64,000 nt of DNA from an uncultured Planctomycetota bacterium (GTDB taxonomy: Bacteria > Planctomycetota > Planctomycetia > Isosphaerales > Isosphaeraceae): positions 96,001 through 160,000 of the forward strand of contig CAWJTV010000026.1 in the NCBI GenBank assembly GCA_963845755.1. Reading direction: 5' to 3'. The translations under genes were made by a program, and so were the position numbers. The notes beneath the pieces are model-generated. The model was not told where the DNA came from. It was given only the letters and a program-made list of their open reading frames with translations, and did no database searches. Shown one piece after another: positions 49,886-60,107 of the stretch. Numbering within the stretch: position 1 is the stretch's first letter; the number at the start of each line of letters is the position of its first letter.

Positions 49886-51810
49886 GCGACACCTCCCGCT
49901 CGATGAAATGGTCCAGGGATTTCAGCAACGGATCGACGGACAGCGACCACAGGGTACAATCGCCGTCCGTGCCGGTCTGTTCGAACGCAAGGCGAGCGAA
50001 ATGGTCCTTGACCATACCGTTCTTCGCCGTCGGGATATAGGTCCCCAGGATCCTCGGGCGCCCCTCCCGGCGTGCCAGCTCCACGAGCTCGTTCCTCGCG
50101 AAGTGCTCGACGCCCCGCTGGAGCACCCGACAACTCATCACCCAGGTGTCGACCATCATCGCCTCTTCGCGCTTCTGGACGAGGATCACGCCGATCAGGC
50201 CGTTGTCCCCCAAGGTATCCTTGAGGCTGAACGTGAGCGTCAGCCAATCGGGCGAACGGGAGATCTCACGCATCTGGGCTGGCGTATAGCGGCGAGTGGT
50301 CAGATTGAACTGGTTGGATTTATTGACGAGCTGGGTCGCCCGTTCGAGGTTCAGTTCATTCACGCTCTCAACCTTCATCCGCATGCCCAGGGACGCCAGG
50401 AACGAGTTCAGATCGGTGGCGCGCGAGGCCAGCTCCTTGCGCTGGGCATTCTCGGCATAATAGCGTGATCGGGCCGTATCTTCGCGGGTGAACGCGACGG
50501 TCTCGAAATAGCGGTGCAAGGCCAGGGCCTGGGTGTAGCCCGCGGCGTCTTCCGGCATGTCCGGCACGGCCACTTCCGGCACGAACTGCCGCGCAATCGC
50601 CCGCTCGACCGGGTTATCGTCGACGAACACGAACGAGTCGAGCTTGAGCTCGAGTCGGTCGGCGATGGTTCGCAGATTGTCCGCCTTGTTCTCCCAGTTG
50701 GCGACGAAGCAGGAGAAGTCGGACATCTGAAGGATCATGTCCGATCGGATATCGAACGGCTCACGCGCGTTGGCATCATCGTTCTTGGAACAGACCGCCA
50801 GGAGGATTCCCCGTCGCTGGAGTTCCTTGACGTACTTCTGAAATGCGAGGAATGCCTCGCCTTCGCCCGAACCCTGACCCAGGCGGATCCCGCCAGCCCC
50901 GAGGTCGCCGATGACCCCCCCCCAGAGCGTGTTGTCCAGGTCCAGGACGAGGACCTTCTTGCTCTTGCCGACCACGGCCCGCACCAGGCTGAATACGCTG
51001 TGCGCAGTAGGAGACGAGGCACTCCGCGCCGCAGGGCATCTTGAACTCGAGGTAGAATCGAGGATCGAACCAGCTTCGTGCCCCGGCCTCGGCCGCCAAT
51101 CCCTGCAAGTCATGGAGCACGACATAGGCCGGGGCGCGCTCCGCCATCATCCTGTTCAGTCGCTCGAGGTAGTGTTCTCGGGCCGCAGGGGATCGAAGCC
51201 GGTAATGCCCCATCACGCTGCCCGGGGCAACCTCGAAGTTATTCTGGATCAGGGTCGCATTCCACCTGGCATTGGCCGACTCCCAGAGCAGGGACCAGTC
51301 GTCGAGTTCTTCGGACGCGATCCGGGAGACCGCCTGTTCGTCCATCTCGATGGAGGGAAGCCTCGACACATCCCGGGCGCCGGTCGCCAGGAACAGGACT
51401 TGAGGTTGGAACGAATCGAGCCCCGAGCCGGGCGTGAGGATCTCCTGGCGGAAAAGGCCGTAGTCCCCCTCATAGATCTCGACGGCGATTCCTTCGGATG
51501 CCAGGAAGACCTCGATGAATTGGCAGAGCTGAGTGGTGGTCGGCCCCCCGAGAATGGCCAGCCGCAGGGCGTTGCCCCGGCCCTCGGCCGGCTTCCGGGA
51601 TTGAAGGAACCGACGAAGCTTCATCAATGATGAGTAATCGAGGAGCGGACTGACCGCGCGCCCGGCCCAGACCCGGGCTGCCTCGGCCCCCTCGACTTCG
51701 GCTAACGACTTCAGCGACTGGAGGAATCCCGTGAACTTCTGATGCCTTGAGGATGTGTCGGCATTCAAGTAGGACTGGAGCAGTTCAGTCCGTTGCGGAT
51801 CGTCGGTCAT
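49878..51810 (-). CDS. fkbH: FkbH-like glyceryl-ACP phosphatase/transferase (HAD-IIIC + GNAT; frameshift near 51005)
   Basis: VLVLDLDNTLWGG, SKN, FVDDNPVE, QLVNKSNQFNLT, D..GDNG and MSCRV (catalytic Cys) motifs. Confidence 0.92.
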
Positions 51811-52645
51811 CACCTTGCCTCAGCCCAGATTTGGAGCGTGTGGTTGGAATTGAGTCCAGTCATTCGGTGTGATGAAGCCAGAGGGTTAACGTCCAGAACC
51901 CACTGCCGGGGTCCTCGCGAGGCGTCGATCGTTGAGCGGTGCGGGCTGTGGCCGATTCCGTGAAGCCCACCTTCGTCGATTTCGCAAGCACAGGAGTTCA
52001 CCACGAGGACCGTGGCTTCCAAACGTGGCAAGGAAGCGTACGATGTCCCCTGGTTTTCCCGCTATTCCCCTATGTGATCTTCGGCCGCTGGTTCGCAACG
52101 TCGGACAGGAGGGGGAGAGCTCGCTCGCGTCCGATCAACCTCGGGCTCGACACAACCAATCTAGGCCACGTTTGTGATCGACTACAATCTTAGCTTGAGC
52201 CACTGCGGCATTGTCAAGGGATTTGGCGGAATGCAGCCGTTCCGCAACACGGCGGAATCTGGGCAGCCGGGATGGGTTCAAGCTAACCTCTTGTCCTGGT
52301 TCCTCTATCGAAGAATCTCGCCAGGACTTGAGGGGATCGTTTAACGGGCCGGGATCCGAGAGGGCCGCCGCTCGACACTCGCCCGGCCGGCAAAAACGAC
52401 CCATTCCACCCGAATTGTCCAGGCTTGGGCGCCGCAATCTCGGTGTACTGTCTCATAACATGTCAAATCGTGGGCACAGGTTTTGGGGTCGATTCCGAGG
52501 TTGGGGACACCATCCTACGCCCCTTTCGTGGATGCATCCCCGTTTCGCGCACCTTGACACTCTGGCATTGCCTTTTTCCCGGCTTTGGCCAACAATGCCG
52601 CCTCCTTCCAGGCGAGGCATCCAGCGCGAGGGAACGCGGCTGCGA

Positions 52646-52737
52646 GCGGTGGTCCGTGGTGAGTCGTCGGTCGTTGCCGGGAGAACGATGACCCGGCCGG
52701 GACCTGGTCTTCCAAGACCACTGACCATGGACCCCTG
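52646..52737. repeat. Degenerate inverted heptamer arrays (GGTCCGT-like … GACCACT-like)
   Basis: 7-nt periodicity on both arms, just upstream of the Mur-ligase-like gene. Confidence 0.5.
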
Positions 52738-52764
52738 CAAACCAAGGCAAGGAGGCCTTAGCTG

Positions 52765-54390
52765 ATGGCGCGCTGGTTCGTTGACCGTCTGCCCCAGCAG
52801 GGGATCCCTTCGGTGAGCTTGCGGAAATTGCTCCCGGAGGCCCGGTTCGTCGGCTGCGCGGACTGGGAAGTCTCCGGCTGCAGCGACGATCATCGCCGGC
52901 TCGACCCGGGCCAGGTGTTCGTCGCGGTCCGCGGGGCGCGGCCGGGTTACGACGGGCATGGCTTCGTGCTCGAGGCACTCGACCGGGGCGCGGCCGGCGT
53001 GGTGGTCGAGCACCCCTGCGCCGGCGCCGGCCGGCTCCAGGTTGTCGTGCCGGACGCCATGGCGGCGCACGCGCGGATCTGCCAGGCCCTGGCCGGCGAC
53101 CCGTCGCAGCAGTTGGTCACCGTCGGGGTGACCGGGAGCTTCGGCCGGACGATCACCGCCCTGATGATCCGTTCGATCTTCGAAGCCGCCGGGCAGCGGA
53201 CCGGCCTGCTCGGTGCGCTGGGCTTCACCAACGGGACGACCGCCCGAGCCCTCGGAGTTGGCCTGGATCCCCGGATCTCGACCGGAAGACCGAGCCTGGG
53301 CGGGGGCCGCTCGGCCGCCTGCGGTTCGTCCCGAGCGTTCATCCCCGGCGCGGCCGGCCTGGCGGCTTTGATGTCCGAGATGGTCGAGGGGGGATGCAAG
53401 GCGGGCGTCCTGGAGGTCTCCGCCGAGTCGATGAGCCACCGGAGCTTCGAGGGGATCGGCTTCCACGCGGCGGTCGTGACCGACGTGGGTGCGCCACGCG
53501 GATATCCCGCGGACGTGGTGCTCCAGCGGCGCCGGGCCAAGGCCAGGCTGATCCGGAGCGTCGTTCCCGAGGGCGTGGTGGTGATCAACGCCGACGACCC
53601 GAATGCCGAGATCCTCGGCGGTGTGAACCTCGATGCGCGCCGGGTCGCCTTCGCGATGGAGCCCATGGCCCGGCCGGACCGCGACGTGGACGTCTCGGCT
53701 CGACTGATCCAGGTTGACGGGTCGGGGACGCGGATGGTCCTCCAGGGCTTCGACCGCGAGGCCCTATTGCAGTTGCCCCTGGTCGGCCCGAGGGCGGCGG
53801 CCTGTGCCCTGGCCGCGGCGGCCCTGGCCCGGGCACTGGAGATCGACCGGGCCGCGGTCATCGACGGGCTGGAGGCCGTCCGGTCGGTGGCCGGGCACCT
53901 CGAGGCGGTCGTCGAGGGCCAGGACTTCGACGTCCGCGTCGACGCATCGGCCAGCTCGGCGGCACTCGAGGAAGCCTTGGCCGCCGTCCGGGCCGTGGGG
54001 GCCGGACAGGTCCATTGCGTCCTCAGCGCCGAGGGATGCAGCGACCGCACCGAACGGCGGCGGCTGGCCGAGGCCGCCGAGGCCGGGGCCGATCGTGTCG
54101 TCCTCACCATCAGTAATCCTCGCACCGAAGACCCCAACCAGATCCTCGACGACGTCCTGGCCGGTTTCCGACGCCCGGGCAAAGTCCGCGTCGAGCCCGA
54201 CCGTCGCCGTGCCATCGAGGCCGCCCTGGCCGATGCTCGCACCGGTGATGCCGTCCTGATCGCCGGCAAGGGCCGCCACACCTTCCAGATCCTCGCCGAT
54301 CGCGTCATCCCCTTTGACGACGCCCTGATTGCCCGAGAATGGCTCCGCCACCACACCCGCCCCGCCGCTCCCGCCCAGCGATCGGCGTGA
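52765..54390 (+). CDS. MurE-like Mur ligase family protein with degenerate catalytic motifs (541 aa)
   Basis: AAGGAGG RBS. The three-domain MurE layout is recognisable (FVAVRG..DGH, NPRTEDP, AGKG), but the P-loop reads GSFGRT. Confidence 0.85.
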   Translation: MARWFVDRLPQQGIPSVSLRKLLPEARFVGCADWEVSGCSDDHRRLDPGQVFVAVRGARPGYDGHGFVLEALDRGAAGVVVEHPCAGAGRLQVVVPDAMAAHARICQALAGDPSQQLVTVGVTGSFGRTITALMIRSIFEAAGQRTGLLGALGFTNGTTARALGVGLDPRISTGRPSLGGGRSAACGSSRAFIPGAAGLAALMSEMVEGGCKAGVLEVSAESMSHRSFEGIGFHAAVVTDVGAPRGYPADVVLQRRRAKARLIRSVVPEGVVVINADDPNAEILGGVNLDARRVAFAMEPMARPDRDVDVSARLIQVDGSGTRMVLQGFDREALLQLPLVGPRAAACALAAAALARALEIDRAAVIDGLEAVRSVAGHLEAVVEGQDFDVRVDASASSAALEEALAAVRAVGAGQVHCVLSAEGCSDRTERRRLAEAAEAGADRVVLTISNPRTEDPNQILDDVLAGFRRPGKVRVEPDRRRAIEAALADARTGDAVLIAGKGRHTFQILADRVIPFDDALIAREWLRHHTRPAAPAQRSA

Positions 54391-54806
54391 GTCCCGATCG
54401 GGCCGGCGGACGGGCATCTCCGTGCAAACCTCGCTCCCTGAGCTATCCTTGTAATGTCAGCGTCTCGCCCTGCCGGCCGCCAGTCCGACCAAACGCTAGC
54501 CGCTTTTTCAGGAAACCTGATCTTGCAAGCCATTCTCTTGCTAGAGGATAGGGCGACCGTTCCGTGAGTGAGTGGGGACGGTGCCAATCCCGATGTCGCG
54601 GACCCGTGCTGACGGTATCCGAATGATGCTCTGTTGCATCGTGGCCTGAATCTCGCGAACAAATTGGCGGGCTCGTGCGTCTGAAGGAAATCGTAGATCG
54701 TGTCGGTGGTGTCGCTTTCCTTCAGAAACGCGAGTCAAGGATTGGGAATGTGGGACGAATCACCAGTAACAACGCGAACCGACATCGACAGCGAAATTGA
54801 ACCGGA

Positions 54807-55124
54807 ATGAGCGAGGAGCGCACGATGATTTCCACACGCGCGAAGCCGATACGGCGGATGTCCCGCCCGCACTTTGAAGTCGAGGCCCGCCACGATCCGG
54901 CCGGCCTCAGCGCCACACTCCGCGATCTGGCCGCGAGCGCCCATCGTGCCGTCCGTGCGGCGCAGGCGGAGAGTCCTTCGGACCATTCGCAGCAGGAGTT
55001 GGTCGAGCTGCATGCGCGGATCGTCCAGCTTCAACGGAACCTACAGGCTCAGTCCCTCGACGGCTTGGTCCCGTACGTCTCAGCCCTTCGCCAGGAGGTC
55101 GCGTCCTTGGTCCTTCGTCCTTAA
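54807..55124 (+). CDS. Hypothetical helical protein (105 aa)
   Basis: Amphipathic helical composition; converges on the anti-sigma gene. Confidence 0.5.
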   Translation: MSEERTMISTRAKPIRRMSRPHFEVEARHDPAGLSATLRDLAASAHRAVRAAQAESPSDHSQQELVELHARIVQLQRNLQAQSLDGLVPYVSALRQEVASLVLRP

Positions 55125-55151
55125 TTCGTGCTCGGTCCTGGGTTCCAAAGA

Positions 55152-55673
55152 CTATTCCGATCCGAGCAAGTGCTGGCTCGATTGGAGGATCCGGTGCTGG
55201 CGGGTCTTGGAGGCCTTGGCGGTGGCAGCCGCCTGGGATTGGACCTTCAGGTCGGCGAGGTTAGCCTGGCAAAAGGGGCATTCCACGACGTCAAGGTGGA
55301 ATTGTAGGTAGGCGGCCAGCGCGGGATCGAGGGCCTCGAGCAGGTAGCTTCCGAGTTGCTGGCGGCTGGGGCAGGTCAAGCGGGCGCGATGCCAGATGGC
55401 GCCCAGGGTGTGGATCTGGCCGTCGGCGCGGTTCTGCCGAACGTCCTCCAGTTGGGCACGGAGCTCGGCCGAGTCGCGGAGGGCTTTCTCCACCCGCGCC
55501 GAGTCCTCGGGACTGAGGGCGTCGGCCAGGTAGTTGCGGAGCAGGGAATCGTCGATCGGAGCGGGCGGAGCGGCCGGCTCACGCGGGTGGTGGTCGCGGT
55601 CGCCATGGCCGCGCAGGACTGGCCCGACGACCGGGTCGGGCGCAGGCTTCTTGCTGCTGACGTCACCCCTCAT
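55152..55673 (-). CDS. Soluble zinc-finger anti-sigma-like protein (173 aa)
   Basis: Two ZAS-like units: LRNYLADAL….ARVE, and CPSRQQLGSYL…HLDVVECPFC. No TM; lies 2 nt downstream of the ECF gene. Confidence 0.75.
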   Translation of the reverse strand: MRGDVSSKKPAPDPVVGPVLRGHGDRDHHPREPAAPPAPIDDSLLRNYLADALSPEDSARVEKALRDSAELRAQLEDVRQNRADGQIHTLGAIWHRARLTCPSRQQLGSYLLEALDPALAAYLQFHLDVVECPFCQANLADLKVQSQAAATAKASKTRQHRILQSSQHLLGSE

Positions 55674-55675
55674 GG

Positions 55676-56305
55676 TCAACCTCCACCGAACTCGTCGAGG
55701 GAGAGCCCGGCGCGGCGGGCCATCTCTTTGAGCCGGGCGATCGTCTGGAATTTGTAGCTGGCCACGGCCTGCTCGGTGATTTCGAGGTATTTGGCGACGT
55801 CCTTGTTCGCCCAACCCTTGACGACGAGCAGCTCCATGCAGCGGAGCCGGTCGTAGTCGCCGCGGGCGAGCCACTCGCGGACGAGCTGGCCCATGGCCTC
55901 GGTCAGCAACCGCTCCTCGGCCTTGCGACGCTCGCCGCTCCGCGCGATGCTGGACGCCGCGCGACCATCGCCGGGCACCTCCTCGAGCGGACGGCCGTGG
56001 TCGTCCGAACCGAACTGATCGATCGGCCGCCGGCCTTGCTTGCGCAGGTGGTCGGTCAACTTGTGCGCGGCGATCGAGAACAGGTAGGCTTCCATGTCCC
56101 GCTTCTCATCGTAATGCGGCAGGCTGGTCAGGAAGCCGATGAATGTCTCCTGGACGACGTCCTCGCTGGCCGCACGGTCGCGGAGCCGGCTGTCCACGAA
56201 GGCTAGCAGCCGCCCTTCGAATCGCTCGATGAGCTGACGCCACGCCTCGGCGTCGCCCGCGCGCACTTGCCGGACCAGAAGGGCATCAGTCTCTGTGGCT
56301 GACAT
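55676..56305 (-). CDS. ECF sigma-70 factor (209 aa)
   Basis: D..LV…GD..AW..L, SEDVVQETF, YLFSIA….DHLR and region-4 NKDVAKYLEITEQAV. Confidence 0.92.
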   Translation of the reverse strand: MSATETDALLVRQVRAGDAEAWRQLIERFEGRLLAFVDSRLRDRAASEDVVQETFIGFLTSLPHYDEKRDMEAYLFSIAAHKLTDHLRKQGRRPIDQFGSDDHGRPLEEVPGDGRAASSIARSGERRKAEERLLTEAMGQLVREWLARGDYDRLRCMELLVVKGWANKDVAKYLEITEQAVASYKFQTIARLKEMARRAGLSLDEFGGG

Positions 56306-56422
56306 CGGTTCGATCTGCCCCGGGAACGGAAAAGGTCACGGATGGGATCGTCGCATCGGTCTTCCGCGATCATCGGTCAATTGTAAACCCTTCCCGGGAC
56401 GTTTGCCTATCCTTCTCAAAAC

Positions 56423-56905
56423 TCAGACCGGCTGCGTTGCCGTCCCTTCCTCCGTTGCGGCATGAAGGCTGAGTTCGAGTGCGGGCTCGGGCTCAGGCCA
56501 ATGGGCCAGGCGATACGACCGGAAAAACCAGATGCTCAGCGGAGCAAAGGCCACCAACAATATCGCCCAGATCAGCTTATCGTTCCGGCCAGGGAAGTCA
56601 TCGTCCCGCAGGCCCATCAGGAGGACGAACTCGTTACGCCAGTTCCGGACGAACCAGGCTAAAACAAGCAGTGAGATGAGAGTGAAGATCATGATCCTCT
56701 CATAACGCCACTCGAACACCATCAACACAAAGGCCGCCAGAGCCACTCCAGTCATCATCTGCCAGAGATTGAACTGGAACGGCCACAAGCGCTGGCCGAT
56801 GCGCCGGAGCCCCTCAAGGGAGACGACCGGACCCAGGCCGAAGATCACGGCCAAGGTCCCCACCACCAGAGCCGGCAGGACCAGAAAGAGTGCGAGTGTT
56901 TCCAT
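56423..56905 (-). CDS. Hypothetical membrane protein (160 aa) with a PLD-N-terminal-like end
   Basis: Four hydrophobic segments; NDKLIWAILLVAFAPL motif. Confidence 0.7.
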   Translation of the reverse strand: METLALFLVLPALVVGTLAVIFGLGPVVSLEGLRRIGQRLWPFQFNLWQMMTGVALAAFVLMVFEWRYERIMIFTLISLLVLAWFVRNWRNEFVLLMGLRDDDFPGRNDKLIWAILLVAFAPLSIWFFRSYRLAHWPEPEPALELSLHAATEEGTATQPV

Positions 56906-56932
56906 GGATCGTCACCCTCGGCGATTGGCGGT

Positions 56933-57916
56933 TCACGCCACCATGTTGTAGAGGATCACCCCCGCGGCGCCGACGCCCGCGGCGGCCAGCATCCGGAGCC
57001 GGTTGGTGTAATAGCCCTTGGTCGCCTCGTCGGCCCGGATGTAACCGGAGATCACCCCCAGGCAGATCAGGACGAACGCGAGGGTGCCGCCCAGCGAGAC
57101 CAGCCGGTGCTGGACCAGCTCGCGGGTGTAGACTTCCACCAGTGCCTCGCGGCGCCGTGGGGAGAAGTCCGCTTTCAACTCGGCCACATACCACGGGCCG
57201 TAGTCCTTCTCCTTCAGAGTGAGTCTGTCATCGGGGCGGACCTGCGTCTCCAGGATCATGGCCTGGACCATGGGAGCCGGGGGTGTCCAGGAATCGGGGA
57301 CCTCGGGACCGAGCCACTCGACGACCTTCCGTTGCAATGCGCGGCCGGCATCGGCCTTGGCGCGCTTCTCGCTCGCGCTGACCTGCCCCTCGACCACCAC
57401 GGTAGTCGGGGTCGGGCCTGCGGCGGTGACCTGCGGGGTATGCGATGTCAACCGCGCCGGGACGGGCGGTCGCGCCTTGGCGCTCGTCACCCGTGTACCG
57501 GGAACGATCGGGACCGGGATCCCCTCGGCGTCCTCGCGAGCGAGGGCGGGCGGAGCCGGCGGTGGGGGCGGCAGGGGCGGCTGTGGGCGGCCATCGGCGA
57601 GCGCTTCGTGGTACACCTGCCGGACCTCGTCGGTCACCTCGGTCAACGCGTGGCGGATTTCCTGACGCGCCTCCCGAACCGCCTGGCGGACCTCGTGGCG
57701 CGCCTCATCCACGGCGCGCCCGGCCTCGGCCAGCACCTGTTGCGTCTGGCGGCGCGCCTCCGCGACCTGGCCCGCGGCCGGGCCGTCATGGGGAGGTCTC
57801 GGCCCATGCCATCGCATCGGGGGCGGAGGCTGAACCGCGTGTCTCGGATGGTGGTTTGACCTGACGACCCAGGCCACCAGCAGCACCAGGAAGAGCGCGA
57901 CGAAGAATCGTTTCAT
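56933..57916 (-). CDS. Hypothetical membrane protein (327 aa)
   Basis: N-terminal TM, coiled-coil and Pro-rich linker, C-terminal two TMs flanking GYIRADEATKGYYTNRLR. Confidence 0.75.
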   Translation of the reverse strand: MKRFFVALFLVLLVAWVVRSNHHPRHAVQPPPPMRWHGPRPPHDGPAAGQVAEARRQTQQVLAEAGRAVDEARHEVRQAVREARQEIRHALTEVTDEVRQVYHEALADGRPQPPLPPPPPAPPALAREDAEGIPVPIVPGTRVTSAKARPPVPARLTSHTPQVTAAGPTPTTVVVEGQVSASEKRAKADAGRALQRKVVEWLGPEVPDSWTPPAPMVQAMILETQVRPDDRLTLKEKDYGPWYVAELKADFSPRRREALVEVYTRELVQHRLVSLGGTLAFVLICLGVISGYIRADEATKGYYTNRLRMLAAAGVGAAGVILYNMVA

Positions 57917-58046
57917 CTTCGGAGTCCAATCCCGTAGTGGTGGGCGACTTGTGGTGAGGGGGGTCCCGACGAAAGTCACAAACTCTCGCGGATTGACGCG
58001 TCTTGGTCTTTGCTGCCCACTCGCCACCTGCCACTCACGACACAAT

Positions 58047-60027
58047 TCAAGCCAAGCGTTTCTGCTTCCCCGACGCCTTGACGTACCGAGCATACAGCGA
58101 GGCCGCCTCGTTCCAGGGGCTGACGACCTGGACGGCGGCGGCCATCATGGCCGCGACGGCGATGCCATCGGGCCGGTCGAATGGCCAGAGCCCCATGAGG
58201 GCGGTCGCCAGTAGCCCGGTCCACAAGATCGGCATGATGCGGAACCGCGAGGTGCGATCCCGGGCCGTGAGGGACGAGGAGCCGGCCATGAGCCCATATA
58301 CGATCGCGAAGAAGGTCCACAAGTAGCCGACGGCGCTGCTGCCATCGAGCTGGCCCAGGGCGGCTTTCTGGGAGTACATATTGATGCGGTTCGAATCCGT
58401 GGAAATGCAATCCCATCGCCATGGCGATCGTGGCGGCGGCGGTGAGGAACCCCACACCCAGGCCGAAGACTCGGCGCTGGGCTCTTGGCAGCGCGCGAGC
58501 CTCGAAGACCTTGTTGTAGATCAAGGAGGTCCAGGTCCCCAGCAGCGCCGTGCCATAGAGGAACGCCAATTCCTGGGGCTGCCGCGACGGATCGATGCCC
58601 AGCACGGCGGTGGCCGGAATGGCCAGCAAGGCCAGGACCGGGGCGGCCCAGAGCATGGAGCTGGCCAGCTCGGCGAATCGGACCCGCTTGCTGGGCAACG
58701 GCGGCGGCTCCGGCGGCGGCACGGGTGCCTTGGGAGGCGCCTTCGCGACCGCCCGTCGCACGGGCGCCGCACCCCTCCCGGCCGCGGCCTGGGCCGCTGC
58801 GGGATAGATCGGCACGCCCGGGGCCCGGCCCGGCCGCGCGACCGGAGCCTGGTAGACGGCCTGCTGGACGTTGGCACCCCCGGGACGAGGCGAGCCGTTG
58901 CGGGCCGGAGTCGGCTTCCGTAAGGCCCGCAACCGCTGGGCCAGGTTCAGGCCGCGGGCTCGGGGCGGACGCGTCTCGGGGCCGATGTAGAACACCGGCT
59001 CCTCGGCCTCGATCCGCAGGATCTCCTCCTCCGGCTGGCTCCCCGGACGTCCCCCACCGCCCTTCTTGCCCTCGCCGATGATCCGGACCTCGGGCTCGCG
59101 CGGCGCGTCCTCCGGCGGCAGCAGGTCGACGACCCGGCTCGACCGCTGGTTCGGGTCCTTGGCCAGCGCCTTGGACACGATCGACCGGTAGGGCTCGGCC
59201 AGCATGGAGATGTCCGGCCGCGAGGTCAGGTGCTTCATCAGCACCTCGTTGACCGTCTCCCCCTCGAATGGGACCCGGCCCGTGAGCATCTCGTACAGGA
59301 TCACGCCCATGGCGTAGATGTCGATCGGCTTGTTGTACTTGCCCGAGCCGATCTCGGGTGCCATGTAGTGGCAGGTCCCGATGCTCTCGGAGTGCTCGGT
59401 CCCCTGGCTGGGCGTGATTAGCTTGGCCAGTCCGTAGTCGCCGATCTTGACGATCCCCTCTTCCATGAACAGATTCGCCGGCTTCAGGTCGCGATGCACG
59501 ATCCCGTGGTCGTGGAGGTAAGCGACCCCCTCGACCAGCCCCCGCAACCATCGGCGGACTTCCGGCAACGGCATCCCGCCCGGATATTGCTTCAGGACGC
59601 TGGCCAGGCTGGGGCCGGCCACGTACTCCATCACGACGAACGTGTCGCCGGCATCGCTGGCCTTCATGTCGAAGATCGTCAGCAAGTTCGGGCACTTCAG
59701 GTTCATGCACTGCTGCACGCCCCGCCGTTCGACCTCGAGGTTGCGGAGGATCAGCTTCAGCGCGACTTCCTTGCCGGAATCCGAGGTGGCGTAATAAACC
59801 TCGCCGAAGCCCCCGCGCCCGATGGCCCGCTTGATGGTGTAGCCATCCAGGGGCCGCGAGCCCGAGCCGAAGGTGTAGCGTCCGTTTGATTGCGAGGGAT
59901 TGGCTTGACGCATGTCTGGAAATCCCGGCCCTGAGGGCCCCGATCCCGATTGGTCTTTGGGCTCGTAAATGACCGTCTCGTCCATGGGCGATTCGACGTC
60001 AGGCGTGTCTTCGGCCATTGCGTTCAT
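58047..60027 (-). CDS. Ser/Thr protein kinase with a C-terminal multi-TM domain (frameshift near 58382)
   Basis: IGRGGFGEVY, VALK, HRDLKPAN, DYGL, GTCHYMAPE and DIYAMG motifs; Pro/Ala linker; about 6 TM helices across the frameshift. Confidence 0.92.
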
Positions 60028-60047
60028 CGCTCGGGCAGCTCCGCCAT

Positions 60048-60105
60048 GTAGGTCAGGCTTTCCAGCCTGACGTTCGATCCCGTCAGGCTGGAAAGCCTGA
60101 CCTAC
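60048..60105. repeat. GTAG-type REP doublet (perfect 25-bp inverted pair)
   Basis: GTAGGTCAGGCTTTCCAGCCTGACG … CGTCAGGCTGGAAAGCCTGACCTAC. Confidence 0.85.
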
Positions 60106-60107
60106 GG

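Noticed and set aside
49631..51810. PKS/NRPS cluster with a glyceryl or methoxymalonyl extender
   Set aside because: No ketosynthase, condensation, adenylation or FkbG/I/K genes nearby. The MBOAT and SGNH context favours polymer acylation.
51820..52640. ncRNA or genes in the fkbH to murE-like intergenic region
   Set aside because: Only short hairpins and non-coding-looking ORFs; nothing supportable beyond divergent promoters.
54565..54650. Cobalamin riboswitch
   Set aside because: The B12-box and core consensus are not found, and the downstream gene is unrelated.
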